A DNA stretch of 63,621 nucleotides, counting the filler, from Choristocarpus tenellus KU-1152 (Eukaryota > Protista > Phaeophyceae), in NCBI GenBank assembly GCA_964200185.2. It is 11 parts of 11 records of this genome, joined end to end, with 100 filler letters (N's around TTAATTAATTAA, not from the genome) between each part and the next. Parts side by side here need not be neighbours in the genome. Positions count along the whole stretch, not along the records: positions 47,747 to 57,541 come from CAXNAD020003386.1; positions 57,642 to 60,427 come from CAXNAD020024769.1; positions 60,528 to 63,621 come from CAXNAD020022366.1; 8 more parts are not named here. One strand, given 5' to 3'. Numbering within the stretch: the stretch's first letter is position 1; each line of letters opens with the position of its first letter. Shown one piece after another: positions 51,150 through 63,621 of this stretch. Below the pieces are notes generated by a model, which worked only from the letters and a program-made list of their open reading frames with translations, was not told the DNA's origin and ran no database searches. Made by a program: the position numbers and the translations under genes.

Positions 51150-52000
51150 GATATCTCAATATTTTCAAGTTTGAGGCTGGATCAGTATATCCCGCCTGAT
51201 CTGTGTGGCACCACCACCCCATTACTCTGTACAATGTCCTGAAGAGGTCGTCTCGATGTTTGTGATCTTGAGACCAGATTATAGGGCCTTATCAATATCT
51301 TGACATACATGTAGAACAGTTTTGTTTTTGAAGCAGTGTCTCAAATCCCTTCCCTGGCTGAGCACATTCTTGTCAAGACGTGACCATTGCTCATTGGCAA
51401 TGTTTTTATTATGTCAAAATGTTAAGGTGTCTCTTGGTGATGAAACTTAGATCTAATGGTTCTTTTTTTAACGGGGTAACAATGTCCATCTGTACGTGTG
51501 TACAGACCTGGCAAGCTCCCGTAATGGCAACAGTAGTAGTTTTGCTGAATGTATTGTGTGCATTGAGAATTGCGTTTTTTTCTATGCTCCTGGATGGGAT
51601 TGTTCATAGTGGCTAGAATCAAGTGCTCTTTTGACATCATTGTGAAATTGATGGGTTGATATCACACCTATGTTGAGAGCCATTGTAATCATTTTTCAAT
51701 TGCATTTCTCCAATGGAAGGACAATGTTTTGGAAATCGTCTTGTATGTAGAGAGGTTGTTTTTGGTAGATGATGATGATGATCCAAATGAGTGCAATAGT
51801 GTGGACTCTAGATGCTGTTTTTTTCACTCCTTTTGTGGTATTGTGATAAGGATACTGGAAGAAAACAAAACATGTAGTATCACTTCCCAGCTGTGTAGCT
51901 AGCTTGTTGGCGCAAGTACATCATATTGTATAGCGCTGCAGAGCTTATTGTTGAGCTCTGAACCATCAAGGGGGTAGGGTAAGAGACTGAACGAGAGTAA
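51150..52000 (-). mobile_element. Possible decayed LINE reverse-transcriptase remnant
   Basis: Weak ordered matches: PLDG (about 51970), IQEHRK (about 51590), LSQG (about 51355), GLKITN (about 51270). Confidence 0.3.
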
Positions 52001-52154
52001 ATGTTTAGGCCAATGGAATTACTTGTGTGTGTGTGTCCCATACACGCCATTGGAATGCATTTTCGAGTTCAATTTTATTATTGATTTATAGTTCCCACAT
52101 CCTACCTATACCATTACCCTTTGTTCCCTTTTCCTGTTCTCTCCCTCTGCTCAG

Positions 52155-52293
52155 GAAGGACAGGCGTGTACACTTCTCAAGGTGGCATGCCATTGGCTGA
52201 GGGCAGAAGTGAATGAGGCCAAACTCGAGAAGGAAAGGGAGAAGGCGTCTGGCCAATCGGCTATGGTTGATGCCAACCCCAACCTTGTGGCAT
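52155..52293 (+). CDS. Isolated putative exon of an unidentified gene
   Basis: Long polypyrimidine tract plus CAG acceptor, open frame EGQACTLLKVACHWLRAEVNEAKLEKEREKASGQSAMVDANPNLVA, GTGAGT donor. Confidence 0.45.
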
Positions 52294-52453
52294 GTGAGTC
52301 TCTGGAGTGTATCTCTGGCAGTTTTACCATATTGCCCTCCCAACCCTTCTATCGCAACAGATTATTTCCCTCTGTAGGGGGGGTGTTCCTGTAGCCCACA
52401 AAGTTGATGCGTGACACAGAGATATGATCTTCTTGATCAGAAATTTGTGCCTT

Positions 52454-52456
<3 letters not shown>

Positions 52457-52502
<46 letters not shown>
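52457..52502. repeat. (AT)n microsatellite
   Basis: About 23 AT units. Confidence 0.95.
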
Positions 52503-52507
<5 letters not shown>

Positions 52508-55500
52508 CAGCAATTTGTTCTCTTTTTTTTAGTGATGCGTTTCTTTAGCACTTTTATTATTTCAGAAGGATGAACAACATGTATACATTTTGGATCTTTG
52601 GTGTGGGAAGTCCTCTAGGAAGAAGACCCATCGCAATGCATTGATTGCAGCACAAGGTTTTTGTACTTCGAAGTATACTCTACATGCACACAACACAACA
52701 ATAGTACAATTTTTGAGATGAGATGATGAGATGATGAGATGATGCAACGGTTGGGTTTATTCGCACAGAAGAGCTAAGAATATGAAGGAGCCAAGAAAAG
52801 GCCAAGAAACTTGTTTCCGCCCCTCTTGCACCCAATCCCCAGTCTTCTTGGGTGCTCAAGAGCATTTTTCTTCAGTTAGAGGAATTGTGACGAAATAGAT
52901 CTGGCGGTTCCACAACTGTGCAATCTGTCTTGAAAGGAGGGTTGCACATGTCACAGCGGAGAGACAATGTAGATATTAATAGTGTTACATTGGTGCCATG
53001 AGAGCATCGGTGAGACCTCAAGTCGGACTCTCCAGCTTGCCTATTCCTTCACTTATCCCTCCTTTGTGGCATTGGTGATCCCTCTTTTGCAGTACTCCCA
53101 ATCCTTACGCTCTGGTGCTTATCTCCTTTATGTTTTTTTAATCCAGATGTGGCGGGAGGGGGATACGCTCCTGGAAGAATGGCACACCAGGGTATCTAGA
53201 TGCAGAATAGCTTTTTGACATCCGATACAAATGAGCCATAGCTCGAACATGATTTTTTGGGTTTAAGTGTTCACAACTATCTCCTGTGAACTGAAAATAG
53301 ATTCTTCAAGGGAATTTTGTGTGTACCTTAGATTCGTCTACAGTAGACTGCATATGGATAGGATGGTCGAGTGCCTAGTAGAGGAAACAAGAGGGAGCGA
53401 ACTTAAAAGGTCAAAAGAGGCCATGGGTGATAGGGAGGGTGTGTGGGTGGGAAAGGGGAAGGGTGGTGTAGCATTCTTGTCATTTTGTTATTCGTATTTG
53501 AAGTCACGCTCTATATCTTTAGCTTTGTCATTTTCCTTTTGATTGTTGAATTATCCGTGTTGATAGAGGTTAGGCAAAACCACCTGTGGCATCACCCTCT
53601 TTGTCAGTGTAGTTTGTCAGCAAGCCAGGAAAGACGTTGTGTGTTTGTGTGGTAGTGAGTGAGTGTGAAAAAGTGGTCTAGAACTGATCAAAATTCTACA
53701 TGTGAGAATCGAAAGTGAACAAGATCATTTCATTCAACCTCTTTGTGTTGTGACAACTCACAAATGATTTTTGGGTGGTTCATGTTTATTTTCTGGTGTG
53801 TACCACGTAATACAGGACTTGAATGCAATCTTCAGGGAATATATCATCACTCGGAAAATCCCAAGGCTCGTCGCCGTAGTGATTTCTCACCTCAGTATGG
53901 TAGCAGTAGTTTTAGGTTATGATTGTACGGTATGGTGCAGTACAGTATGGTAAGGCCCACAGTACATTGTTTTGTATGGAATGTTAGCGGCCTCAATGGA
54001 AGAAAAACATGGTTCAGTACAGTAATTCCGATACATCGTTTTACCACAGTGTTCTGATATTTGAACAGCACAGTACAGTTGGTAAGTAGTTACATGGTGA
54101 TTCAGGCTTCTACCACAAGTGCTCCTCCTCCTACACACCTTGCCTAGGAGCCTACTCTCATGATATCCTGGTATAACTCCTCTAGTATAACTCCTCCTTC
54201 TTGTCCAAGAACCCAAAGAATTTTTTGGGAAGAGCAAATAAATTACACAGAATTACGGCTCCATACCGTCCAATTATCAAAATATCGTGGGGTGGTTTTA
54301 CCATTCCGTATCATGGTATTTAACAAAAATTAGAGTTAAGCGTAGTGTAGATATTGATCAAACAATAGACATGATACTGAACCGTAGTTCTTCAAAAATA
54401 CTGTTGTAACATACCATACAACATATTATTCATTGTGTAGACCCTGAGTCATCGCAGTTAGTGTACTGTACACATCATTGGTATACCCTCTTGAATACCA
54501 ACTCTAGATGGGACAAACATTTCTCACAACAAAAATTCCACTGGTGAAAACAGAGTATTGAACCAAATGGATGAAAGCTTATTTGTTGCTCCACTTGCAC
54601 TGAAGTTGCTCTCTGCAGATTTGGTTAGCATAGAACTTCAATGAACAACTGGAGTTCAATGTTGTATTAGGGCGTTGCACTGTTGGTAAGAAATACCACC
54701 AAGAAATCTTGGCCAGGTATGAAGCTGAAGGACGGACAAGACACATTCAGCTCCAATCACCACAGTGCACCTACTGCATAACACGAAGCTATTCAAGTAG
54801 ATACCGCCTGCAATCAATAAAATATACACAGCCAACTGAATGCGTGCCATACAAGGTGAGGTGCGAAGGAGTCATTACCACATACCTCAAACATGTACTG
54901 TTACAAGTCATGCACACATACTACAGTAGTCCCACTCAATTGCGCATCACCCGTTACCCTGAACTACACAACACCTTGAATATACCAACGCAGACAAAGC
55001 ACTACAGTTGAAATGTCAACCAGGATAATTGGTGAATCACAAGGAACATTTCCAACAACAGACCTCAAAATTCCTTCACCATGAGCTCACGCAAGCTTCA
55101 TCCACTTCCATCTCAAAGGCAACATTGCAGCTTGTCCCTAGACTGAGATACCCTCCCTCACATCCATGGCGGTTCATGGCTGCAAATCTCCACGCACTAG
55201 AATGCACAGATTCCTTCTCCATCGAAAGAAGGTGTCTGCAACAAGTAAGTGGTGGGGAGGAGGGTGAAGGTAGCACTAGGAAACATGTCGGGGTAGACGT
55301 AAGTATTGGGCCGGGGAAGTGCCTGGAAGGGGTCAGAAGTAGGGGGTTGGAGGAGGCTAGGCGGCATTCATGTTCAAGAACACGCAGACCAGCATGCCCT
55401 ATGGAGCATGAACTAATTACCAAAATCATGTCAACTAACTAGTATGTAGAGGATGGAGCATCACTTGGGAGCCTCCCGCTTGGCGTAACCAAGCTACACG

Positions 55501-56792
55501 CGCGCGCTAGGAGGAAGTCAGGACGGAGGATATAGTCGATCGATTAGTGTTAGCGAGTGCCCTAGACCTTCAATAATTTCGTTCTTACACTTGCAGACAA
55601 TAAACTCTGGCGACTGCCTATGTTTCAGTAGATAAAGAGGGAAGATACTAAGTCGGAGTTGCTAGAACTTCTAGTTTCACATGCGACTCAAACTTTTGCA
55701 CAGAAATGGTACTGCGATAGATGATATCCTAAGACTCGGCTAGGATATTGTGGGAAGAGCACCCATAGACATTGGTTGGGGATGAGTAGGTGAAAGGGGT
55801 TGATGTTGGACATACTGAGATTTGAGATGAGTAAGAAAATTCCGTAGATGCGCGAGGCGGAAGTTTATTGCGCGAGTGGGAACTTGAAAATATAATGTCT
55901 CACCTCATCTTTTGTTGTTGTCACAAAATTGGGCTTGGGATGGAATATGCCCAGCCTTAACGATCAAATGTCTCCAAGTCAAGGTCAGCGTAGCGATCCT
56001 TACTCTCATACCTTTTTCATCCTGAGCGGCGCCTCAATTGGTACCGCAAAGTTGTTCTAGCTAAATGGGCTCCTCGACAACGCCTCACCCTGTGAGGAGA
56101 TTCTTGTCAGATCTAGAGTGAAAGCAATTAGTTCCTACCATGGCGGTCGCTATGAGAAGTTGATAGTCTCATAAAAACAAAATTCTCAACCCTTAGTGAC
56201 TCTTGGAGACTAATTCCAGAACAAAATAGATTCTTTGTTGGGCTTTTTTGTTCAACTCAACATTGATTGCTTGGATACAGCGATCCAACTACCTGGAGAG
56301 CCTCCCGAACTCCCCTACCTGTGCATGTTTTCTCGATCACCGACGGAGTTGCCTTTGCCCCCCTAGTGTACATATTCCAAATATTTTTGGGGGAGAGAGG
56401 AGTGTGTCTTAGGCGCCAAAGTCACTCCCTTCTCCATCACCTCTCCTTGTCTGACTCGTGGTCTCTACAACCCATCAACAGGACGACAGTCACTGCTGGG
56501 AATGAACAGGAGGTGCCAACAGAAGAACCCACAGGGTAGGGTTGCAACGTGGGGAAGGGGGTAAGAAGCTCTACCGAATATTGGATCAGTTAGTCCTCAA
56601 GACACCCTCATCCCATGTACCTCATATCCGCCAATGATTATCCCAAGAGTTGGATTATTCGAATCTCTCGCAACTCAGCTCTCATGTATCCACGTATCCC
56701 CCCTGTTAGTATCTCCTCCTGTATCTTGTGCCCCCAATGCGCCCTCCCTCTATGACACACACATACACACAACACATACACACAATTGTCTA

Positions 56793-56971
56793 GGTTCAAA
56801 GTATCTGGGGGGGGTGGCTGCTGTCTATTTGGGGGCAATTTTTTCATGTCACGATTTTTGAGTGATTTGATTGCATACGTCGGATGGATAATGTAATTGC
56901 ACTTTTCCTGGTTTTGGGCCAAATCGACACCCTGGTGTAGACCGCCCCCCGCCCCCCAGATACTTTGGGCC
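56793..56971. mobile_element. MITE family A, complete 179-bp copy with TIRs and 4-bp TSD
   Basis: Left end GGTTCAAAGTATCTGGGGGGGG and right end CCCCCCAGATACTTTGGGCC, flanked on both sides by TCTA. Partial copies at 3632-3657, 36594-36680, 57642-57667 and 63582-63621. Confidence 0.85.
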
Positions 56972-58375
56972 TCTATCCCACCCACAACGCTCGTCTTTGG
57001 TCGCAGCAACGTTTTTCGAGAAGGAATAGGACATCGTGATCTGGAATTACCACCAGAAGGTTTTAATGGGTGAGGTGTAGGGAGTTCGAGGCTCTATTTG
57101 AAATTAGTGCATGGAATAGATGCCGTGGGTCTTAGGTTGTGCTGAAACATAATGTGTTTCTGTTGGGTCAAAGCGACTGTGGAGTCCACTACTCATCAGT
57201 CATGTTAGCTCACTTCTCAGTCAAGGAAGACTGTGTATACTGTGATCGATAAGTGGGGAAAAGGAAGAGCTGCTGTTTAATATAAGGAGCTTCCTAATGT
57301 ATGATGCATAAAAGTCTAAGCATTTTAGAGGGTATGGCCGCGTCCACTTGGGGTCATAAATCCAATGTTGCGATTTTGATGAATTTTGGCTTTCGTGTTT
57401 GTTACCAAGTGTCAATATCCTTGCTCTGGACACACCTATCATGGTCATATACGTTTTAGGTAACTAACAGTGGATTTTAAAAATTGAGGATGGAGCGTAC
57501 TATTGAGGATGATTTTGACCGAAAATGGTGCGGAAAAGTACNNNNNNNNNNNNNNNNNNNNNNNNNNNNNNNNNNNNNNNNNNNNTTAATTAATTAANNN
57601 NNNNNNNNNNNNNNNNNNNNNNNNNNNNNNNNNNNNNNNNNCCCCCCCCCCTTAGATACTTTGAGTCGGAGACATGGCATGACAAAACAACATCACATGA
57701 CATGAAGGACTGGAGGCGATCAATAATATGATGTTTACATATAGTAGGAACAACTCTCCATCACATCTTGTGGGCAACATTTGAAAGCGAAAAAAAAATC
57801 TTTCTTTGAGTTGAACAGGCAGACCAGCTATTTTGCTGATATTTTAGCTCTTGAGGCCAACAGGTGGTCACATGAGGTTCGCAGAAATCACACATTATTG
57901 GTTAAGTTGAAGAAGCTTGTTTATTATAAATTTGACAGTGCCTTGTTTAAATTGTACTTGGAGTTTGGTAGTCGAATTTAGTATGTTGAATATATCAAGA
58001 GGAGTATAAAATATCCTCAATGGATCTCATTTAATAAAAGTAGGACCAAAGGAACACCACAATAAAAAAAAATCATCCATCCATCCATAGGTTGTCGATT
58101 CATCCTCCACCAGTATTTTTCAAACTACATATTTGGCTGTCCCTTTTGTGTGGGTAAAAGGGACGTCAACCATCGTTGAATATCAGGTGGCACCATACTT
58201 GTTTGAAGCATGCGCAGAAGTGGGTTTGAAATCTTGTTGGGTTACATAGTAGATGGGGAGACTCTGGGGAAACCAGAGTGTATTCTTACGTATGGCAATA
58301 GGAAACAAGAGATAAGCATAAGAAAATGACCTAGAGCAACTGTGTCTCATAATACTTCTAAGTAGTAGTGTGTGC

Positions 58376-59050
58376 TTAACGCCAAATATGTTTGGTGAGA
58401 AGTGTGCGAGATGGTGATTTCCAGGTTCCTTGTGTGGAGTTGGCCATATGAGGAACAGCCAATCCGATTATGCCACTATGGACACACTCAGAGTAACGTT
58501 CACATTGCATAGTGAACATTCGATGAGCTATGCTATGAGCTAAGAGCAGCAGCACTTTTTTTCCTGGATCGGGCATCCGTTTTTGAATTAATTTGTTTTA
58601 TTCAAATAATCGATATCTCGAAATGTACACTGACTGGCACTGCATGTTATGTCTGAAAAACAGTCGACGGAGGGAGGAAGAATATCATATCGGATTTCTC
58701 AATGTTTACATTTTTACCTCATTTCAATTCATCCATTCAACTTTCTAATTTTTAATATGATGTAATGCTTGTGAGTACTATGATATGGCAGTGAGCGTAC
58801 TTCTTGACTTTCTCGTCTTGACCACGGCATGATCACGGAGCATTAGGGTGTCCAAATGTCACACAATACCTTAAAGTAGTGTTCTGAGTATAAAATGTTC
58901 TGAAGCAGTACGAAACAGCAAGAGGAGGATGGTATACTTACAATGCTAAACTTGAGCATTTCATACTAGCCAAAGTTCTCCCGATATCGCGATAATACAA
59001 CCATGGGAAAAACAGTTTACGGGAATGCCTGGGTGATGTCATTATTCATT
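58376..59050 (-). mobile_element. Decayed pogo/Fot1-like DDE transposase fragment
   Basis: KKVLLLLAHSIAH...IIGLAVPHMANSTQ resembles the DDE_1 pattern LLLLDxHxSH...LPxNTTH. Heavily mutated. Confidence 0.4.
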
Positions 59051-60599
59051 GTTGCAAACGAGTTCGAGCTTCTGCAGTTATGGCACTCACTGTATGCATT
59101 CCTCGGGGATCTGCAAACATTGTAGGCCAGTGCGTACTTATGGAGTAGGAAACAATTACCCACTTCAAGATACAGTGGTAGAACAGTTGAGATCTAGGTT
59201 TCCTATGTGAACCAATTGATGTTATGATCTACCTCAGATCACATCGAATGGTGCAACTTCAGTCCTTACAACAAGCCAACTGAACCTGCCTGTCAACTCA
59301 CCATCCCCAGCCGAGCAACATTGTTAGAAGAACTTGTTGTCGATGGGCAAAAAGCGTGTAGAGGTACGGAAGTGTTAAAACGTACTGCTCCGTACGTTTC
59401 TAGACAAGTCTGACCGTTCCCTCAAAACGTGTGCCTTGGTGATGAAACAAACATCAACTGTGCATCTAGTAATGGTGATCAGATATTACCTCAATGACAT
59501 AAAGGACACGCAAGAAGCACGACCTCTCAACGTCTGATACCCCTTCCCCTATCTTGGCTGATGTAGCAGGTGACCCCGCCACGAATAGCAAGTACCACCA
59601 CGCAACAGGTGGACAGCAAGTCTTGTGAGCACTTGCCTGTCTCCTCCATGTTCCATCACCAACACACAGGGTCTATAGGATCGTTAACAGTCACCCTCCC
59701 CACCCTCCTATCAGAGCATCAAGGGTTCTGGTGAGACATTTGCTGCGACTATCTGCTCCAGCACTGCTGTGAGCGCTCAACAAGCATTGGTCCACGCGTA
59801 TCTGTAGGGATTCCTCGTGAGGATATTGCCACGATCATTGGCCAAGGCTGGGTAGACTATGAGGTACAGTTCTTCAGTAAAAGTCTCAATAAATACACCC
59901 CGTAGCAGCATGCGATGGGAGATGCCTTCAACTCCCAACTGAATGTTGAAACATTGACCATCCTACTGTACACTAGTTAATTGAACCTAGTAAACAGTTG
60001 TTAGGTGTCCAACAATATTTTCTTATCGAATTCTTAGACTGTCAGATGTATACGGTATCGAAATTGGACAAGACCATTCATATAGAAGAGCACATGTTCA
60101 TATGTCCCCCTCACCAAAGCAGATTTTTTTCCAGAAGACACTAACTCGGGCCCCCTGTTTTCGCTCCTGAGACTCTTCCTTTGGCTGGTCCTGAGATATA
60201 CAGTCCACCCCCTCGATCTCTGTGCTTGTCACTCTGTTGAGAAGCTTGACACACATGAGGCTCGTCGCCGGAAGCTAGCTGTTGAATTACATGGTAAAAC
60301 ACACACTGAATTATTAATTGCCTGTCAACCATCCATCATCACTGATGTGTGGATTAATGTTGACTTATTATATTTTATATACGTACGTACTCTGTATCAT
60401 ACCTAACCAAATATAAACGTACGTATANNNNNNNNNNNNNNNNNNNNNNNNNNNNNNNNNNNNNNNNNNNNTTAATTAATTAANNNNNNNNNNNNNNNNN
60501 NNNNNNNNNNNNNNNNNNNNNNNNNNNGCATGTCAGCGAGAGTTAGCGACACTGTTCTTCACGGAACGCAGACTAGAAAAGAGCAATTCTCTCCATACA

Positions 60600-61215
60600 T
60601 CAATTCAACATCACGACCAAAAACTTATAGATCACAGTTGCACCGCTTAAAAACCGCCAGATACAAAAGTACTGCAGACTCAACTCGGGAGACTTGGGCC
60701 CTTTGAGAGACTTTGCTTTCCCTGCCCCTGGTCTTGAATGGAGTTGTTCCATGATTTTCCTTTCTTCAGCCCGGATTTTCCTCGCCGTCCTTTCGGCGAT
60801 GTTGAATTTTTCTGCAACGAAAGCGACTTTGAGTCTCTTGTTCTTGAGGTGGTCAAGCACTTCTGACTTCGTGTTCAATGTCAAGTTGGGCCGCTTTATT
60901 CCATGGCCCCTCCTGGAAGGGGCACTATATTTCTGCCCGCAGCAGCTGCAGCATCAGACGAGCTACCATTCAGTGAGTCGAGCAATGAAGCCGATAACAA
61001 TGCGCCCCGTCAGCGCCTGCAACTTGCTGCAGTGCCAAGCACTGCCCCTCACATAAACGTTTGCAGTCATCGTCGAGTTCGGGACCCTTCACGCCACATA
61101 TACCATGGAGGTACCCACTGCACTTACGGCACTTCTGGATTGTGTAGAAAAGCGGACCTGGTGTGTTTGAAGGCATCTTGCAGAGGTTTCCTGCGGCACA
61201 AGGCATGGCTTCCAC
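60600..61215 (-). mobile_element. pogo/Tigger-like transposase N-terminus (CENP-B-type HTH) preceded by a Cys/His-rich module, disrupted
   Basis: LTLNTKSEVLDHL...VAEKFNIAERTARKIRAEERKI fits the CENP-B N-terminal HTH. Upstream is CAAGNLC...CRKCSGYLHGICG...C...C. Stops lie between the two parts. Confidence 0.6.
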
Positions 61216-62073
61216 TTTATTCTCCTACCAGCAACGTCCTGTACTGCTGTATGGTACCATGACTCAGGAATAAAGGCACTTTTTGCGAGAAATTATTACG
61301 CGCGCGCCAAACTCGTGTGGCAATCTCTGGGATTTTGTGCCATATCGCCCGAATACGAGAATTCTGATACAAAAGCCTATTTTTATTAGCATGTCGAAAA
61401 AAGCGGTACAGAATTGCATATTTTTCGATTTGTTTCATAATTTTTGGCCCAAAATAGGGGCAACTACTGTACATACAATATTTTATCTACAGAAATGTTA
61501 CCAACCAATTTTCCTTGCTTATTTACTACAGGGACAATTGTTAATACGTACTGTGTGAATCGTGTGATTCTGTGGCGGCGTAGTTCACGCAGGCAAGGGT
61601 GGTGAAGAGAATTACCGGGCAAGACGGACCACACGAAGAAGGACGAACCGTAACCGAGGGTACGAGGTTAAGGTTGGACAAGTGCAAACTTGGGAGTGAT
61701 GAGCACCATGGAGATGGGGCTCCATCATCAGTCAAGACGTGAGAATAAAGTGGATCTTCCATGTGTGACAACTCGAATGACGAGCTGTCCCAAGTCCATG
61801 GGATTGGGCACATACATGAAGAACTACCATGGTTTCAGTCTGCCAGAAAGTCTGTCAGTAAAATCATGGACGCTTGACTGAGAAGCTCAATCGGTACCAC
61901 GGTATAATGGTATATGGCATACGGCAATAATGTTATAATTAAAGACAAACGTGCTTTCCACAACTGCCTAAAAATAAAAAGCTAACTCATCTGATTCAGT
62001 GTAAGTATTCACAATTTTAAATTAAAAATTCATCATTGCAATAACTTTTTTTATAAAGATCCTTATTTAATTT

Positions 62074-62612
62074 TATTATTATGCCCTCTGACATTTTGCA
62101 GATGTGTCAGGGGGGAAACCAATGAACTAATTTTTTCATTCCTAGGATTACTGCGTTATTTTAAGTACTATTTAATAGTGCTATGTGTATTTTAAAACAA
62201 TAGGCAAATATTACAAAAATAATAATGGCTACCAAGATTGTTACAGTATGATAACTTGTCTTTACAATAAAATTGTTTCGGTAACTACGCAAGTGGCATT
62301 GTCTCGACGTGCCATCCGTTTTAAGCTGGAGTCACCAGGGAGAAGGGCACGTAGGGGTCTGTTGGATCCTTGGGATGCTTCCTTAGCTCCCCCCCCGGGG
62401 CACAGGAGTAGGTAGATGGGAAGCTAAGGAAGACAGTAGTAGAGTATTTGATAGTGGTGAAGTAACTGGTTAGTGGTTTCCACACTTACAATATTTTATA
62501 GTGTTCTTACGTTTAGGATATTTAATTTCTTTAGGGCTAACAACGACATATATATAGTATTCATTGGTTTCCCCCCTGACACATCTGCAAAATGTCAGAG
62601 GGCATAATAATA
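62074..62612. mobile_element. Non-autonomous inverted-repeat element with perfect 53-bp arms enclosing a CRE 3' fragment
   Basis: 62074-62126 (TATTATTATGCCCTCTGACATTTTGCAGATGTGTCAGGGGGGAAACCAATGAA) is the exact reverse complement of 62560-62612. A related arm lies at about 3922-3954. Confidence 0.85.
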
Positions 62613-62899
62613 TAAATAAAATATTGTATAAATGTTATACCGAGTGATGTGGTGTGGGTCGAACCCCCGACTGGAACGCGGTAGCCCTGACATGAACAGT
62701 GGATTCAAACCAGCAAAGTCAGAATTGTGTTTTCTGTTCTGGCTGGTCACAATCAATCACATTGAAGATTGATCCACATGGCACTCTAAGGTTGTCAACA
62801 TACACCCATGATGCCTCACTCTTATCTTTCACTTTCTTTCTGAACCTCATCTCTGGTGGTTCTCATCACCTCCCATCACAAAGAACCAGGTCCCATTAC

Positions 62900-63581
62900 A
62901 TGTGGAACATTTTGGAGATGTGTCGAGAGAAAAATGTTATTGGGTGACATAACAATGCGTATAGTGCATTATGTGCTAGGTACGATACCTGTAAGAGAGA
63001 TAAATTGTAACACAATAATAGGTGCTTTCGATCAGCTAAAAACTGATCTTCATGAGTTAGGCATTGCCCTGAACATGGACAAGACCTTTGCTGCTCCTCC
63101 CCAGGGTCACCAACCCAAGCCCTCAGAACTGGAACTTCTAGCCACAATGGGAATCAACCTGGTCCTGAACCCAAATGGTCTTGTTGCATAGTGCGAACAG
63201 ATGGATTCATCCAAGCCCACATGGAGGAGGCGATCGAGAGCTCTGGGTCACGAACGATGGCCACACACCTCAGTGAGATGGAGGACAAACAAGTGGCCTA
63301 GCTCCTGAACTTGTGTTCCCTCTCCTCCCGTTTAGGGTATTTGACAAGGGTTACTCCCCCACCTCGTACACTCCACCATGGAGCAAGCAGACAATACCTC
63401 ACTATGGAAGCTAGAGAAGATAATGTAGGAAGCAGACTCGGTGAGAGCCACTAACTTCTTTGAAGGGGTGTGCGACAATGGGTCTCTCCGCCTGGAGACT
63501 TGCCAACAAAACAAGTACAGGCAAAGATACCCACACAAGTTCAAGGGGGTTGGATCTATCCTCTATGAAGCATCGCCAACA
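62900..63581 (+). mobile_element. CRE-clade (RLE-type) non-LTR retrotransposon, decayed RT C-terminus/thumb region
   Basis: LKTDLHELGIALNMDKT (RT end GLxLNxxKT), then TDGFIQAH...HLSEMEDKQVA*LL..SLSSRLGYLTRVTP, typical of CRE-like ORFs. Contains stops and frameshifts, and is interrupted at 63582 by a MITE. Confidence 0.65.
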
Positions 63582-63621
63582 GGCTCAAAGTATCTGGGAG
63601 GGGGTGGCGGCTGTCCATTTG

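Noticed and set aside
3576-60483. Recurring palindrome TTAATTAATTAA as a biological repeat or recombination site
   Set aside because: It is always centred in identical N44 flanks, so it is an artificial six-frame-stop linker.
62650-62695. tRNA gene (minus-strand GGTTCGACCC B-box)
   Set aside because: No A-box or cloverleaf could be built.

Overview
Eukaryotic, intron-rich, repeat-rich DNA. The gene set, TE types and TTAGGG motifs suggest a stramenopile, probably a brown alga or relative (inference). The window is not contiguous: it is 11 short contigs joined by artificial 100-nt linkers (N44-TTAATTAATTAA-N44), so neighbourhood across linkers is uninformative. Two complete spliced genes can be rebuilt with phase-consistent GT-AG introns: UAP56/SUB2 DECD-box helicase (8 exons, 433 aa, minus) and a phosphagen kinase with an N-myristoylation-type N-terminus (4 exons, 438 aa, plus). 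Three partial genes are largely missed by the ORF track: a GH30 glucosylceramidase-like enzyme (3 exons), a probably organellar valyl-tRNA synthetase (4 exons) and an MFS sugar porter (4 exons). Most of the rest is decayed TEs (copia, gypsy, CRE-like non-LTR, plant-type mariner with TIRs, pogo, probable MULE and LINE), MITE families, satellites and a few unassigned exons. I found no clearly novel multi-gene system. The best leads are a mosaic CpG-depletion pattern suggesting DNA methylation, the unusual phosphagen kinase, and a perfect 53-bp inverted-repeat element carrying a CRE retrotransposon tail.
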